Shown piece after piece: positions 20,301 through 35,300 of a stretch of 64,000 nt of DNA (position 1 is its first letter; the number at the start of each line of letters is the position of its first letter). The translations under genes were made by a program, and so were the position numbers. The stretch is from NCBI GenBank assembly GCA_046563655.1, contig JAJCTO010000010.1, positions 992,001 through 1,056,000 of the forward strand. Reading direction: 5' to 3'. Under the pieces are notes generated by a model. The model saw only the letters and a list, made by a program, of their open reading frames with translations, ran no database searches and was not told the DNA's origin. The DNA is from Yuukianura sp. NJ FZ-2021. Its lineage: Eukaryota.

Positions 20301-23300
20301 AGTGCCGGTGAAGTGTCAAGCATGCCTTCACTTCACATGCAAACCATGAGTTCTCACTTTGACACCATGAATCATGATAACTCACACGTCGATGGAACTT
20401 CAGGGAAAAACCGACTATTACATTTTCTAAATCAAAATTGAACATTCGGCATTTTTGGCCATTTTTGGATAAAATTTCTGGAAAATACTTTTTTATATTT
20501 CCTACCGACTAGCACATTAAATACATCATGTCTGAAAACTTCTGCCCAACAATAGTCTGAAATTGTTATTTAGCACAGCATCACCATACCACAACTGCAT
20601 AAGTCTAACTACGATTTAGGTTTAACTTAGGGTTGAAACTATACAACAAAGTGTTAAACGTTCTGAAAAATGGAATTTATGCCTTGTTACCGCTCATACC
20701 AAAATTCTTGGTATTCATCAAATAACGGTCCACTTCGTCGTAGTGCATAACTGACTAAATCACACGTTGAAAAACATGTTGTCAGCCTCCATCTTTGAGC
20801 TTAAACTAGAAGTGCCGGTGAAGTGTCAAGCATGCCTTCACTTCAGATGCAAACCATGCGTTCTCACTTTGACACCATGAATCATGATAACTCACACGTC
20901 GATGGAACTTCAGGGAAAAACCGACTATTACATTTTCTAAATCAAAATTGAACATTCAGCATTTTTGGCCATTTCTGAATAGAAATTTTGGAAAATACTT
21001 TTTTATATTTCCTACCGACTTGCACATTAAATAGATCATGTCTGAAAACTTCTGCCCAACAATAGTCCGAAATTGTATTTTAGCACAGCATCACCATACC
21101 ACAAGTGCATAAGTCTAACTACGATTTAGGTTTAACTTAGGGTTGAAACTTTACAACAAGGTGTTAAACGTTTTGAAAAATGGAATTTATGCCTTGTTAC
21201 CGCTCATACCAAAATTCTTGGTATTCATCAAATAACGGTCCACTTCCTCGTAGTGCATAACTGACTAAATCACACGTTGAAAAACATGTCAGCCTCCATC
21301 TTTGAGCTTAAACTAGAAGTGCCGGTGAAGTGTCAAGCATGCCTTCACTTCAGATGCAAACCATGCGTTCTCACTTTGACACCATGAATCATGATAACTC
21401 ACACGTCGATGGAACTTCAGGGAAAAACCGACTATTACATTTTCTAAATCAAAATTGAACATTCAGCATTTTTGGCCATTTCTGAATAGAAATTTTGGAA
21501 AATACTTTTTTATATTTCCTACCGACTTGCACATTAAATAGATCATGTCTGGAAACTTCTGCCCAACAATAGTCCGAAATTGTATTTTAGCACAGCATCA
21601 CCATACCACAAGTGCATAAGTCTAACTACGATTTAGGTTTAACTTAGGGTTGAAACTTTACAACAAGGTGTTAAACGTTCTGAAAAATGGAATTTATGCC
21701 TTGTTACCGCTCATACCAAAATTCTTGGTATTCATCAAATAATGGTCCACTTCGTCGTAGTGCATAACTGACTAAATCACACGTTGAAAAACATGTTGTC
21801 AGACTCCATCCTTGAGCTTAAACTAGAAGTGCCGGTGAAGTGTCAAGCATGCCTTCACTTCACATGCAAACCATGCGTTCTCACTTTGACACCATGAATC
21901 ATGATAACTCACACGTCGATGGAACTTCAGGGAAAAACCGACTATTACATTTTCTAAATCAAAATTGAACATTCAGCATTTTTGGCCGTTTCTGGATACA
22001 ATTTCTGGAAAATACTTTTTTATATTTCCTACCGACTAGCACATTAAATACATCATGTCTGAAAACTTCTGCCCAACAATAGTCTGAAATTGTTATTTAG
22101 CACAGCATCACCATACCACAAGTGCATAAGTCTAACTACGATTTAGGTTTAACTTAGGGTTGAAACTATACAACAAGGTGTTAAACGTTCTGAAAAATGG
22201 AATTTATGCCTTGTTACCGCTCATACCAAAATTCTTGGTATTCATCAAATAACGGTCCACTTCGTCGTAGTGCATAACTGACTAAATCACACGTTGAAAA
22301 ACATGTTGTCAGACTCCATCCTTGAGCTTAAACTAGAAGTGCCGGTGAAGTGTCAAGCATGCCTTCACTTCACATGCAAACCATGCGTTCTCACTTTGAC
22401 ACCATGAACCATGATAACTCACACGTCGATGGAACTTCAGGGAAAAACCGACTATTACATTTTCTAAATCAAAATTGAACATTCAGCATTTTTGGCCGTT
22501 TCTGGATACAATTTTTGGAAAATACTTTTTTATATTTCCTACCGACTTGCACATTAAATAGATCATGTGTGAAAACTTCTGCATAACAATAGTCCAAAAT
22601 TGTATTTTAGCACAGCTCCACCATACAACAAGTGCATAAGTCTAACTACGATTTAGGTTTAACTTAGGGTTGACACTATACAACAAGGTGTTAAACGTTC
22701 TGAAAAATGGAATTTATGCCTTGTTACCGCTCATACCAAAATTCTTGGTATTCATCAAATAATGGTCCACTTCGTCGTAGTGCATAACTGACTAAATCAC
22801 ACGTTGAAAAACATGTTGTCAGACTCCATCCTTGAGCTTAAACTAGAAGTGCCGGTGAAGTGTCAAGCATGCCTTCACTTCACATGCAAACCATGAGTTC
22901 TCACTTTGACACCATGAATCATGATAACTCACACGTCGATGGAACTTCAGGGAAAAACCGACTATTACATTTTCTAAATCAAAATTGAACATTCGGCATT
23001 TTTGGCCATTTTTGGATAAAATTTCTGGAAAATACTTTTTTATATTTCCTACCGACTAGCACATTAAATACATCATGTCTGAAAACTTCTGCCCAACAAT
23101 AGTCTGAAATTGTTATTTAGCACAGCATCACCATACCACAACTGCATAAGTCTAACTACGATTTAGGTTTAACTTAGGGTTGAAACTATACAACAAAGTG
23201 TTAAACGTTCTGAAAAATGGAATTTATGCCTTGTTACCGCTCATACCAAAATTCTTGGTATTCATCAAATAACGGTCCACTTCGTCGTAGTGCATAACTG

Positions 23301-26300
23301 ACTAAATCACACGTTGAAAAACATGTTGTCAGCCTCCATCCTTGAGCTTAAACTAGAAGTGCCGGTGAAGTGTCAAGCATGCCTTCACTTCACATGCAAA
23401 CCATGCGTTCTCACTTTGACACCATGAATCATGATAACTCACACGTCGATGGAACTTCAGGGAAAAACCGACTATTACATTTTCTAAATCAAAATTGAAC
23501 ATTCAGCATTTTTGGCCATTTCTGAATAGAAATTTTGGAAAATACTTTTTTATATTTCCTACCGACTTGCACATTAAATAGATCATGTCTGAAAACTTCT
23601 GCCCAACAATAGTCCGAAATTGTATTTTAGCACAGCATCACCATACCACAAGTGCATAAGTCTAACTACGATTTAGGTTTAACTTAGGGTTGAAACTTTA
23701 CAACAAGGTGTTAAACGTTCTGAAAAATGGAATTTATGCCTTGTTACCGCTCATACCAAAATTCTTGGTATTCATCAAATAACGGTCACTTCGTCGTAGT
23801 GCATAACTGACTAAATCACACGTTGAAAAACATGTTGTCAGACTCCATCCTTGAGCTTAAACTAGAAGTGCCGGTGAAGTGTCAAGCATGCCTTCACTTC
23901 ACATGCAAACCATGAGTTCTCACTTTGACACCATGAATCATGATAACTCACACGTCGATGGAACTTCAGGGAAAAACCGACTATTACATTTTCTAAATCA
24001 AAATTGAACATTCAGCATTTTTGGCCATTTTTGGATAAAATTTTTGGAAAATACTTTTTTATATTTCCTACCGACTAGCACATTAAATGTCTGAAAACTT
24101 CTGCCCAACAATAGTCTGAAATTGTTATTTAGCACAGCATCACCATACCACAAGTGCATAATTCTAACTACGATTTAGGTTTAACTTAGGGTTGAAACTA
24201 TACAACAAGGTGTTAAACGTTCTGAAAAATGGAATTTATGCCTTGTTACCGCTCATACCAAAATTCTTGGTATTCATCAAATAACGGTCCACTTCGTCGT
24301 AGTGCATAACTGACTAAATCACACGTTGAAAAACATGTTGTCAGACTCCATCCTTGAGCTTAAACTAGAAGTGCCGGTGAAGTGTCAAGCATGCCTTCAC
24401 TTCACATGCAAACCATGCGTTCTCACTTTGACACCATGAACCATGATAACTCACACGTCGATGGAACTTCAGGGAAAAACCGACTATTACATTTTCTAAA
24501 TCAAAATTGAACATTCAGCATTTTTGGCCGTTTCTGGATACAATTTTTGGAAAATACTTTTTTATATTTCCTACCGACTTGCACATTAAATAGATCATGT
24601 GTGAAAACTTCTGCATAACAATAGTCCAAAATTGTATTTTAGCACAGCTCCACCATACAACAAGTGCATAAGTCTAACTACGATTTAGGTTTAACTTAGG
24701 GTTGACACTATACAACAAGGTGTTAAACGTTCTGAAAAATGGAATTTATGCCTTGTTACCGCTCATACCAAAATTCTTGGTATTCATCAAATAATGGTCC
24801 ACTTCGTCGTAGTGCATAACTGACTAAATCACACGTTGAAAAACATGTTGTCAGACTCCATCCTTGAGCTTAAACTAGAAGTGCCGGTGAAGTGTCAAGC
24901 ATGCCTTCACTTCACATGCAAACCATGAGTTCTCACTTTGACACCATGAATCATGATAACTCACACGTCGATGGAACTTCAGGGAAAAACCGACTATTAC
25001 ATTTTCTAAATCAAAATTGAACATTCGGCATTTTTGGCCATTTTTGGATAAAATTTCTGGAAAATACTTTTTTATATTTCCTACCGACTAGCACATTAAA
25101 TACATCATGTCTGAAAACTTCTGCCCAACAATAGTCTGAAATTGTTATTTAGCACAGCATCACCATACCACAACTGCATAAGTCTAACTACGATTTAGGT
25201 TTAACTTAGGGTTGAAACTATACAACAAAGTGTTAAACGTTCTGAAAAATGGAATTTATGCCTTGTTACCGCTCATACCAAAATTCTTGGTATTCATCAA
25301 ATAACGGTCCACTTCGTCGTAGTGCATAACTGACTAAATCACACGTTGAAAAACATGTTGTCAGCCTCCATCCTTGAGCTTAAACTAGAAGTGCCGGTGA
25401 AGTGTCAAGCATGCCTTCACTTCACATGCAAACCATGCGTTCTCACTTTGACACCATGAATCATGATAACTCACACGTCGATGGAACTTCAGGGAAAAAC
25501 CGACTATTACATTTTCTAAATCAAAATTGAACATTCAGCATTTTTGGCCATTTCTGAATAGAAATTTTGGAAAATACTTTTTTATATTTCCTACCGACTT
25601 GCACATTAAATAGATCATGTCTGAAAACTTCTGCCCAACAATAGTCCGAAATTGTATTTTAGCACAGCATCACCATACCACAAGTGCATAAGTCTAACTA
25701 CGATTTAGGTTTAACTTAGGGTTGAAACTTTACAACAAGGTGTTAAACGTTCTGAAAAATGGAATTTATGCCTTGTTACCGCTCATACCAAAATTCTTGG
25801 TATTCATCAAATAACGGTCCACTTCGTCGTAGTGCATAACTGACTAAATCACACGTTGAAAAACATGTTGTCAGACTCCATCCTTGAGCTTAAACTAGAA
25901 GTGCCGGTGAAGTGTCAAGCATGCCTTCACTTCACATGCAAACCATGAGTTCTCACTTTGACACCATGAATCATGATAACTCACACGTCGATGGAACTTC
26001 AGGGAAAAACCGACTATTACATTTTCTAAATCAAAATTGAACATTCAGCATTTTTGGCCATTTTTGGATAAAATTTTTGGAAAATACTTTTTTATATTTC
26101 CTACCGACTAGCACATTAAATGTCTGAAAACTTCTGCCCAACAATAGTCTGAAATTGTTATTTAGCACAGCATCACCATACCACAAGTGCATAATTCTAA
26201 CTACGATTTAGGTTTAACTTAGGGTTGAAACTATACAACAAGGTGTTAAACGTTCTGAAAAATGGAATTTATGCCTTGTTACCGCTCATACCAAAATTCT

Positions 26301-29300
26301 TGGTATTCATCAAATAACGGTCCACTTCGTCGTAGTGCATAACTGACTAAATCACACGTTGAAAAACATGTTGTCAGCCGCCATCTTTGAGCTTAAACTA
26401 GAAGTGCCGGTGAAGTGTCAAGCATGCCTTCACTTCAGATGCAAACCATGCGTTCTCACTTTGACACCATGAATCATGATAACTCACACGTCGATGGAAC
26501 TTCAGGGAAAAACCGACTATTACATTTTCTAAATCAAAATTGAACATTCAGCATTTTTGGCCATTTCTGAATAGAAATTTTGGAAAATACTTTTTTATAT
26601 TTCCTACCGACTTGCACATTAAATAGATCATGTCTGAAAACTTCTGCCCAACAATAGTCCGAAATTGTATTTTAGCACAGCATCACCATACCACAAGTGC
26701 ATAAGTCTAACTACGATTTAGGTTTAACTTAGGGTTGAAACTTTACAACAAGGTGTTAAACGTTCTGAAAAATGGAATTTATGCCTTGTTACCGCTCATA
26801 CCAAAATTCTTGGTATTCATCAAATAACGGTCCACTTCGTCGTAGTGCATAACTGACTAAATCACACGTTGAAAAACATGTTGTCAGACTCCATCCTTGA
26901 GCTTAAACTAGAAGTGCCGGTGAAGTGTCAAGCATGCCTTCACTTCACATGCAAACCATGAGTTCTCACTTTGACACCATGAATCATGATAACTCACACG
27001 TCGATGGAACTTCAGGGAAAAACCGACTATTACATTTTCTAAATCAAAATTGAACATTCAGCATTTTTGGCCATTTTTGGATAAAATTTTTGGAAAATAC
27101 TTTTTTATATTTCCTACCGACTAGCACATTAAATGTCTGAAAAGTTCTGCCCAACAATAGTCTGAAATTGTTATTTAGCACAGCATCACCATACCACAAG
27201 TGCATAATTCTAACTACGATTTAGGTTTAACTTAGGGTTGAAACTATACAACAAGGTGTTAAACGTTCTGAAAAATGGAATTTATGCCTTGTTACCGCTC
27301 ATAACAAAATTCTTGGTATTCATCAAATAACGGTCCACTTCGTCGTAGTGCATAACTGACTAAATCACACGTTGAAAAACATGTTGTCAGACTCCATCCT
27401 TGAGCTTAAACTAGAAGTGCCGGTGAAGTGTCAAGCATGCCTTCACTTCACATGCAAACCATGAGTTCTCACTTTGACACCATGAATCATGATAACTCAC
27501 ACGTCGATGGAACTTCAGGGAAAAACCGACTATTACATTTTCTAAATCAAAATTGAACATTCAGCATTTTTGGCCATTTTTGGATAAAATTTTTGGAAAA
27601 TACTTTTTTATATTTCCTACCGACTAGCACATTAAATGTCTGAAAAGTTCTGCCCAACAATAGTCTGAAATTGTTATTTAGCACAGCATCACCATACCAC
27701 AAGTGCATAATTCTAACTACGATTTAGGTTTAACTTAGGGTTGAAACTATACAACAAGGTGTTAAACGTTCTGAAAAATGGAATTTATGCCTTGTTACCG
27801 CTCATAACAAAATTCTTGGTATTCATCAAATAACGGTCCACTTCGTCGTAGTGCATAACTGACTAAATCACACGTTGAAAAACATGTTGTCAGACTCCAT
27901 CCTTGAGCTTAAACTAGAAGTGCCGGTGAAGTGTCAAGCATGCCTTCACTTCACATGCAAACCATGAGTTCTCACTTTGACACCATGAATCATGATAACT
28001 CACACGTCGATGGAACTTCAGGGAAAAACCGACTATTACATTTTCTAAATCAAAATTGAACATTCAGCATTTTTGGCCATTTCTGAATAGAAATTTTGGA
28101 AAATACTTTTTTATATTTCCTACCGACTTGCACATTAAATAGATCATGTCTGAAAACTTCTGCCCAACAATAGTCCGAAATTGTATTTTAGCACAGCATC
28201 ACCATACCACAAGTGCATAAGTCTAACTACGATTTAGGTTTAACTTAGGGTTGAAACTTTACAACAAGGTGTTAAACGTTCTGAAAAATGGAATTTATGC
28301 CTTGTTACCGCTCATACCAAAATTCTTGGTATTCATCAAATAACGGTCCACTTCGTCGTAGTGCATAACTGACTAAATCACACGTTGAAAAACATGTTGT
28401 CAGACTCCATCCTTGAGCTTAAACTAGAAGTGCCGGTGAAGTGTCAAGCATGCCTTCACTTCACATGCAAACCATGAGTTCTCACTTTGACACCATGAAT
28501 CATGATAACTCACACGTCGATGGAACTTCAGGGAAAAACCGACTATTACATTTTCTAAATCAAAATTGAACATTCAGCATTTTTGGCCATTTTTGGATAA
28601 AATTTTTGGAAAATACTTTTTTATATTTCCTACCGACTAGCACATTAAATGTCTGAAAAGTTCTGCCCAACAATAGTCTGAAATTGTTATTTAGCACAGC
28701 ATCACCATACCACAAGTGCATAATTCTAACTACGATTTAGGTTTAACTTAGGGTTGAAACTATACAACAAGGTGTTAAACGTTCTGAAAAATGGAATTTA
28801 TGCCTTGTTACCGCTCATAACAAAATTCTTGGTATTCATCAAATAACGGTCCACTTCGTCGTAGTGCATAACTGACTAAATCACACGTTGAAAAACATGT
28901 TGTCAGACTCCATCCTTGAGCTTAAACTAGAAGTGCCGGTGAAGTGTCAAGCATGCCTTCACTTCACATGCAAACCATGAGTTCTCACTTTGACACCATG
29001 AATCATGATAACTCACACGTCGATGGAACTTCAGGGAAAAACCGACTATTACATTTTCTAAATCAAAATTGAACATTCAGCATTTTTGGCCATTTTTGGA
29101 TAAAATTTTTGGAAAATTCTTTTTTATATTTCCTACCGACTTTCACATTAATTAGATCATGTCTGAAAACTTCTGCCCAACAAAAGTCCGAAATTGTGTT
29201 TTAGCACAGCTCCACCATACCACAAGTGCATAAGTCTAACTACGATTTAGGTTTAACTTAGGGTTGAAACTATACAACAAGGTGTTAAACGTTGTGAAAA

Positions 29301-32300
29301 ATGGAATTTATGCGTTTTTACCGCTTATACAAAAATTCTTGGTATTCATCAAATAACGGTCCACTTTGTTGTAGTGCATAACTGACTAAATCACACGTTG
29401 AAAAACATGTTGTCAGCCTCCATCTTTGAGCTTAAACTAGAAGTGCCGGTGAAGTGTCAAGCATGCCTTCACTTCAGATGCAAACCATGCGTTCTCACTT
29501 TGACACCATGAATCATGATAACTCACACGTCGATGGAACTTCAGGGAAAAACCGACTATTCCATTTTCTAAATCAAAATTGAACATTCAGCATTTTTGGT
29601 CATTTCTGAATAGAAATTTTGGAAAATACTTTTTTATATTTCCTACCGACTTGCACATTAAATAGATCATGTCTGAAAACTTCTGCCCAACAATAGTCCG
29701 AAATTGTATTTTAGCACAGCATCACCATACCACAAGTGCATAAGTCTAACTACGATTTAGGTTTAACTTAGGGTTGAAACTTTACAACAAGGTGTTAAAC
29801 GTTCTGAAAAATGGAATTTATGCCTTATTACCGCTCATACCAAAATTCTTGGTATTCATCAAATAACGGTCCACTTCGTCGTAGTGCATAACTGACTAAA
29901 TCACACGTTGAAAAACATGTTGTTAGACTCCATCCTTGAGCTTAAACTAGAAGTGCCGGTGAAGTGTCAAGCATGCCTTCACTTCACATGCAAACCATGA
30001 GTTCTCACTTTGACACCATGAATCATGATAACTCACACGTCGATGGAACTTCAGTGAAAAACCGACTATTACATTTTCTAAATCAAAATTGAACATTCAG
30101 CATTTTTGGCCATTTTTGGATAAAATTTTTGGAAAATACTTTTTTATATTTCCTACCGACTAGCACATTAAATACATCATGTCTGAAAACTTCTGCCCAA
30201 CAATAGTCTGAAATTGTTATTTAGCACAGCATCACCATACCACAAGTGCATAATTCTAACTACGATTTAGGTTTAACTTAGGGTTGAAACTATACAACAA
30301 GGTGTTAAACGTTCTGAAAAATGGAATTTATGCCTTGTTACCGCTCATACCAAAATTCTTGGTATTCATCAAATAATGGTCCACTTCGTCGTAGTGCATA
30401 ACTGACTAAATCACACGTTGAAAAACATGTTGTCAGACTCCATCCTTGAGCTTAAACTAGAAGTGCCGGTGAAGTGTCAAGCATGCCTTCACTTCACATG
30501 CAAACCATGAGTTCTCACTTTGACACCATGAATCATGATAACTCACACGTCGATGGAACTTCAGGGAAAAACCGACTATTACATTTTCTAAATCAAAATT
30601 GAACATTCGGCATTTTTGGCCATTTTTGGATAAAATTTCTGGAAAATACTTTTTTATATTTCCTACCGACTAGCACATTAAATACATCATGTCTGAAAAC
30701 TTCTGCCCAACAATAGTCTGAAATTGTTATTTAGCACAGCATCACCATACCACAAGTGCATAAGTCTAACTACGATTTAGGTTTAACTTAGGGTTGAAAC
30801 TATACAACAAGGTGTTAAACGTTCTGAAAAATGGAATTTATGCCTTGTTACCGCTCATACCAAAATTCTTGGTATTCATCAAATAACGGTCCACTTCGTC
30901 GTAGTGCATAACTGACTAAATCACACGTTGAAAAACATGTTGTCAGACTCCATCCTTGAGCTTAAACTAGAAGTGCCGGTGAAGTGTCAAGCATGCCTTC
31001 ACTTCACATGCAAACCATGCGTTCTCACTTTGACACCATGAACCATGATAACTCACACGTCGATGGAACTTCAGGGAAAAACCGACTATTACATTTTCTA
31101 AATCAAAATTGAACATTCAGCATTTTTGGCCGTTTCTGGATACAATTTTTGGAAAATACTTTTTATATTTCCTACCGACTTGCACATTAAATAGATCATG
31201 TGTGAAAACTTCTGCATAACAATAGTCCAAAATTGTATTTTAGCACAGCTCCACCATACAACAAGTGCATAAGTCTAACTACGATTTAGGTTTAACTTAG
31301 GGTTGACACTATACAACAAGGTGTTAAACTTTCTGAAAAATGGAATTTATGCCTTGTTACCGCTCATACCAAAATTCTTGGTATTCATCAAATAATGGTC
31401 CACTTCGTCGTAGTGCATAACTGACTAAATCACACGTTGAAAAACATGTTGTCAGACTCCATCCTTGAGCTTAAACTAGAAGTGCCGGTGAAGTGTCAAG
31501 CATGCCTTCACTTCACATGCAAACCATGAGTTCTCACTTTGACACCATGAATCATGATAACTCACACGTCGATGGAACTTCAGGGAAAAACCGACTATTA
31601 CATTTTCTAAATCAAAATTGAACATTCGGCATTTTTGGCCATTTTTGGATAAAATTTCTGGAAAATACTTTTTCATATTTCCTACCGACTAGCACATTAA
31701 ATACATCATGTCTGAAAACTTCTGCCCAACAATAGTCTGAAATTGTTATTTAGCACAGCATCACCATACCACAAGTGCATAAGTCTAACTACGATTTAGG
31801 TTTAACTTAGGGTTGAAACTATACAACAAAGTGTTAAACGTTCTGAAAAATGGAATTTATGCCTTGTTACCGCTCATACCAAAATTCTTGGTATTCATCA
31901 AATAACGGTCCACTTCGTCGTAGTGCATAACTGACTAAATCACACGTTGAAAAACATGTTGTCAGCCTCCATCCTTGAGCTTAAACTAGAAGTGCCGGTG
32001 AAGTGTCAAGCATGCCTTCACTTCACATGCAAACCATGAGTTCTCACTTTGACACCATGAATCATGATAACTCACACGTCGATGGAACTTCAGGGAAAAA
32101 CCGACTATTACATTTTCTAAATCAAAATTGAACATTCGGCATTTTTGGCCATTTTTGGATAAAATTTCTGGAAAATACTTTTTTATATTTCCTACCGACT
32201 AGCACATTAAATACATCATGTCTGAAAACTTCTGCCCAACAATAGTCTGAAATTGTTATTTAGCACAGCATCACCATACCACAAGTGCATAAGTCTAACT

Positions 32301-35300
32301 ACGATTTAGGTTTAACTTAGGGTTGAAACTATACAACAAGGTGTTAAACGTTCTGAAAAATGGAATTTATGCCTTGTTACCGCTCATACCAAAATTCTTG
32401 GTATTCATCAAATAACGGTCCACTTCGTCGTAGTGCATAACTGACTAAATCACACGTTGAAAAACATGTTGTCAGACTCCATCCTTGAGCTTAAACTAGA
32501 AGTGCCGGTGAAGTGTCAAGCATGCCTTCACTTCACATGCAAACCATGCGTTCTCACTTTGACACCATGAACCATGATAACTCACACGTCGATGGAACTT
32601 CAGGGAAAAACCGACTATTACATTTTCTAAATCAAAATTGAACATTCAGCATTTTTGGCCGTTTCTGGATACAATTTTTGGAAAATACTTTTTTATATTT
32701 CCTACCGACTTGCACATTAAATAGATCATGTGTGAAAACTTCTGCATAACAATAGTCCAAAATTGTATTTTAGCACAGCTCCACCATACAACAAGTGCAT
32801 AAGTCTAACTACGATTTAGGTTTAACTTAGGGTTGACACTATACAACAAGGTGTTAAACGTTCTGAAAAATGGAATTTATGCCTTGTTACCGCTCATACC
32901 AAAATTCTTGGAATTCATCAAATAATGGTCCACTTCGTCGTAGTGCATAACTGACTAAATCACACGTTGAAAAACATGTTGTCAGACTCCATCCTTGAGC
33001 TTAAACTAGAAGTGCCGGTGAAGTGTCAAGCGTGCCTTCACTTCACATGCAAACCATGAGTTCTCACTTTGACACCATGAATCATGATAACTCACACGTC
33101 GATGGAACTTCAGGGAAAAACCGACTATTACATTTTCTAAATCAAAATTGAACATTCGGCATTTTTGGCCATTTTTGGATAAAATTTCTGGAAAATACTT
33201 TTTTATATTTCCTACCGACTAGCACATTAAATACATCATGTCTGAAAACTTCTGCCCAACAATAGTCTGAAATTGTTATTTAGCACAGCATCACCATACC
33301 ACAAGTGCATAATTCTAACTACGATTTAGGTTTAACTTAGGGTTGAAACTATACAACAAAGTGTTAAACGTTCTGAAAAATGGAATTTATGCCTTGTTAC
33401 CGCTCATACCAAAATTCTTGGTATTCATCAAATAACGGTCCACTTCGTCGTAGTGCATAACTGACTAAATCACACGTTGAAAAACATGTTGTCAGCCGCC
33501 ATCTTTGAGCTTAAACTAGAAGTGCCGGTGAAGTGTCAAGCATGCCTTCACTTCAGATGCAAACCATGCGTTCTCACTTTGACACCATGAATCATGATAA
33601 CTCACACGTCGATGGAACTTCAGGGAAAAACCGACTATTACATTTTCTAAATCAAAATTGAACATTCAGCATTTTTGGCCATTTCTGAATAGAAATTTTG
33701 GAAAATACTTTTTTATATTTCCTACCGACTTGCACATTAAATAGATCATGTCTGAAAACTTCTGCCCAACAATAGTCCGAAATTGTATTTTAGCACAGCA
33801 TCACCATACCACAAGTGCATAAGTCTAACTACGATTTAGGTTTAACTTAGGGTTGAAACTATACAACAAGGTGTTAAACGTTCTGAAAAATGGAATTTAT
33901 GCCTTGTTACCGCTCATACCAAAATTCTTGGTATTCATCAAATAACGGTCCACTTCGTCGTAGTGCATAACTGACTAAATCACACGTTGAAAAACATGTT
34001 GTCAGCCGCCATCTTTGAGCTTAAACTAGAAGTGCCGGTGAAGTGTCAAGCATGCCTTCACTTCACATGCAAACCATGAGTTCTCACTTTGACACCATGA
34101 ATCATGATAACTCACACGTCGATGGAACTTCAGGGAAAAACCGACTATTACATTTTCTAAATCAAAATTGAACATTCAGCATTTTTGGCCATTTTTGGAT
34201 AAAATTTTTGGAAAATACTTTTTTATATTTCCTACCGACTAGCACATTAAATGTCTGAAAAGTTCTGCCCAACAATAGTCTGAAATTGTTATTTAGCACA
34301 GCATCACCATACCACAAGTGCATAATTCTAACTACGATTTAGGTTTAACTTAGGGTTGAAACTATACAACAAGGTGTTAAACGTTCTGAAAAATGGAATT
34401 TATGCCTTGTTACCGCTCATACCAAAATTCTTGGTATTCATCAAATAACGGTCCACTTCGTCGTAGTGCATAACTGACTAAATCACACGTTGAAAAACAT
34501 GTTGTCAGCCGCCATCTTTGAGCTTAAACTAGAAGTGCCGGTGAAGTGTCAAGCATGCCTTCACTTCAGATGCAAACCATGCGTTCTCACTTTGACACCA
34601 TGAATCATGATAACTGACACGTCGATGGAACTTCAGGGAAAAACCGACTATTACATTTTCTAAATCAAAATTGAACATTCAGCATTTTTGGCCATTTCTG
34701 AATAGAAATTTTGGAAAATACTTTTTTATATTTCCTACCGACTAGCACATTAAATACATCATGTCTGAAAACTTCTGCCCAACAATAGTCTGAAATTGTT
34801 ATTTAGCACAACTCCACCATACAACAAGTGCATAAGTCTAACTACGATTTAGGTTTAACTTAGGGTTGAAACTTTACAACAAGGTGTTAAACGTTCTGAA
34901 AAATGGAATTTATGCCTTGTTACCGCTCATACCAAAATTCTTGGTATTCATCAAATAACGGTCCACTTCGTCGTAGTGCATAACTGACTAAATCACACGT
35001 TGAAAAACATGTTGTCAGACTCCATCCTTGAGCTTAAACTAGAAGTGCCGGTGAAGTGTCAAGCATGCCTTCACTTCACATGCAAACCATGAGTTCTCAC
35101 TTTGACACCATGAATCATGATAACTCACACGTCGATGGAACTTCAGGGAAAAACCGACTATTACATTTTCTAAATCAAAATTGAACATTCAGCATTTTTG
35201 GCCATTTTTGGATAAAATTTTTGGAAAATACTTTTTTATATTTCCTACCGACTAGCACATTAAATGTCTGAAAAGTTCTGCCCAACAATAGTCTGAAATT

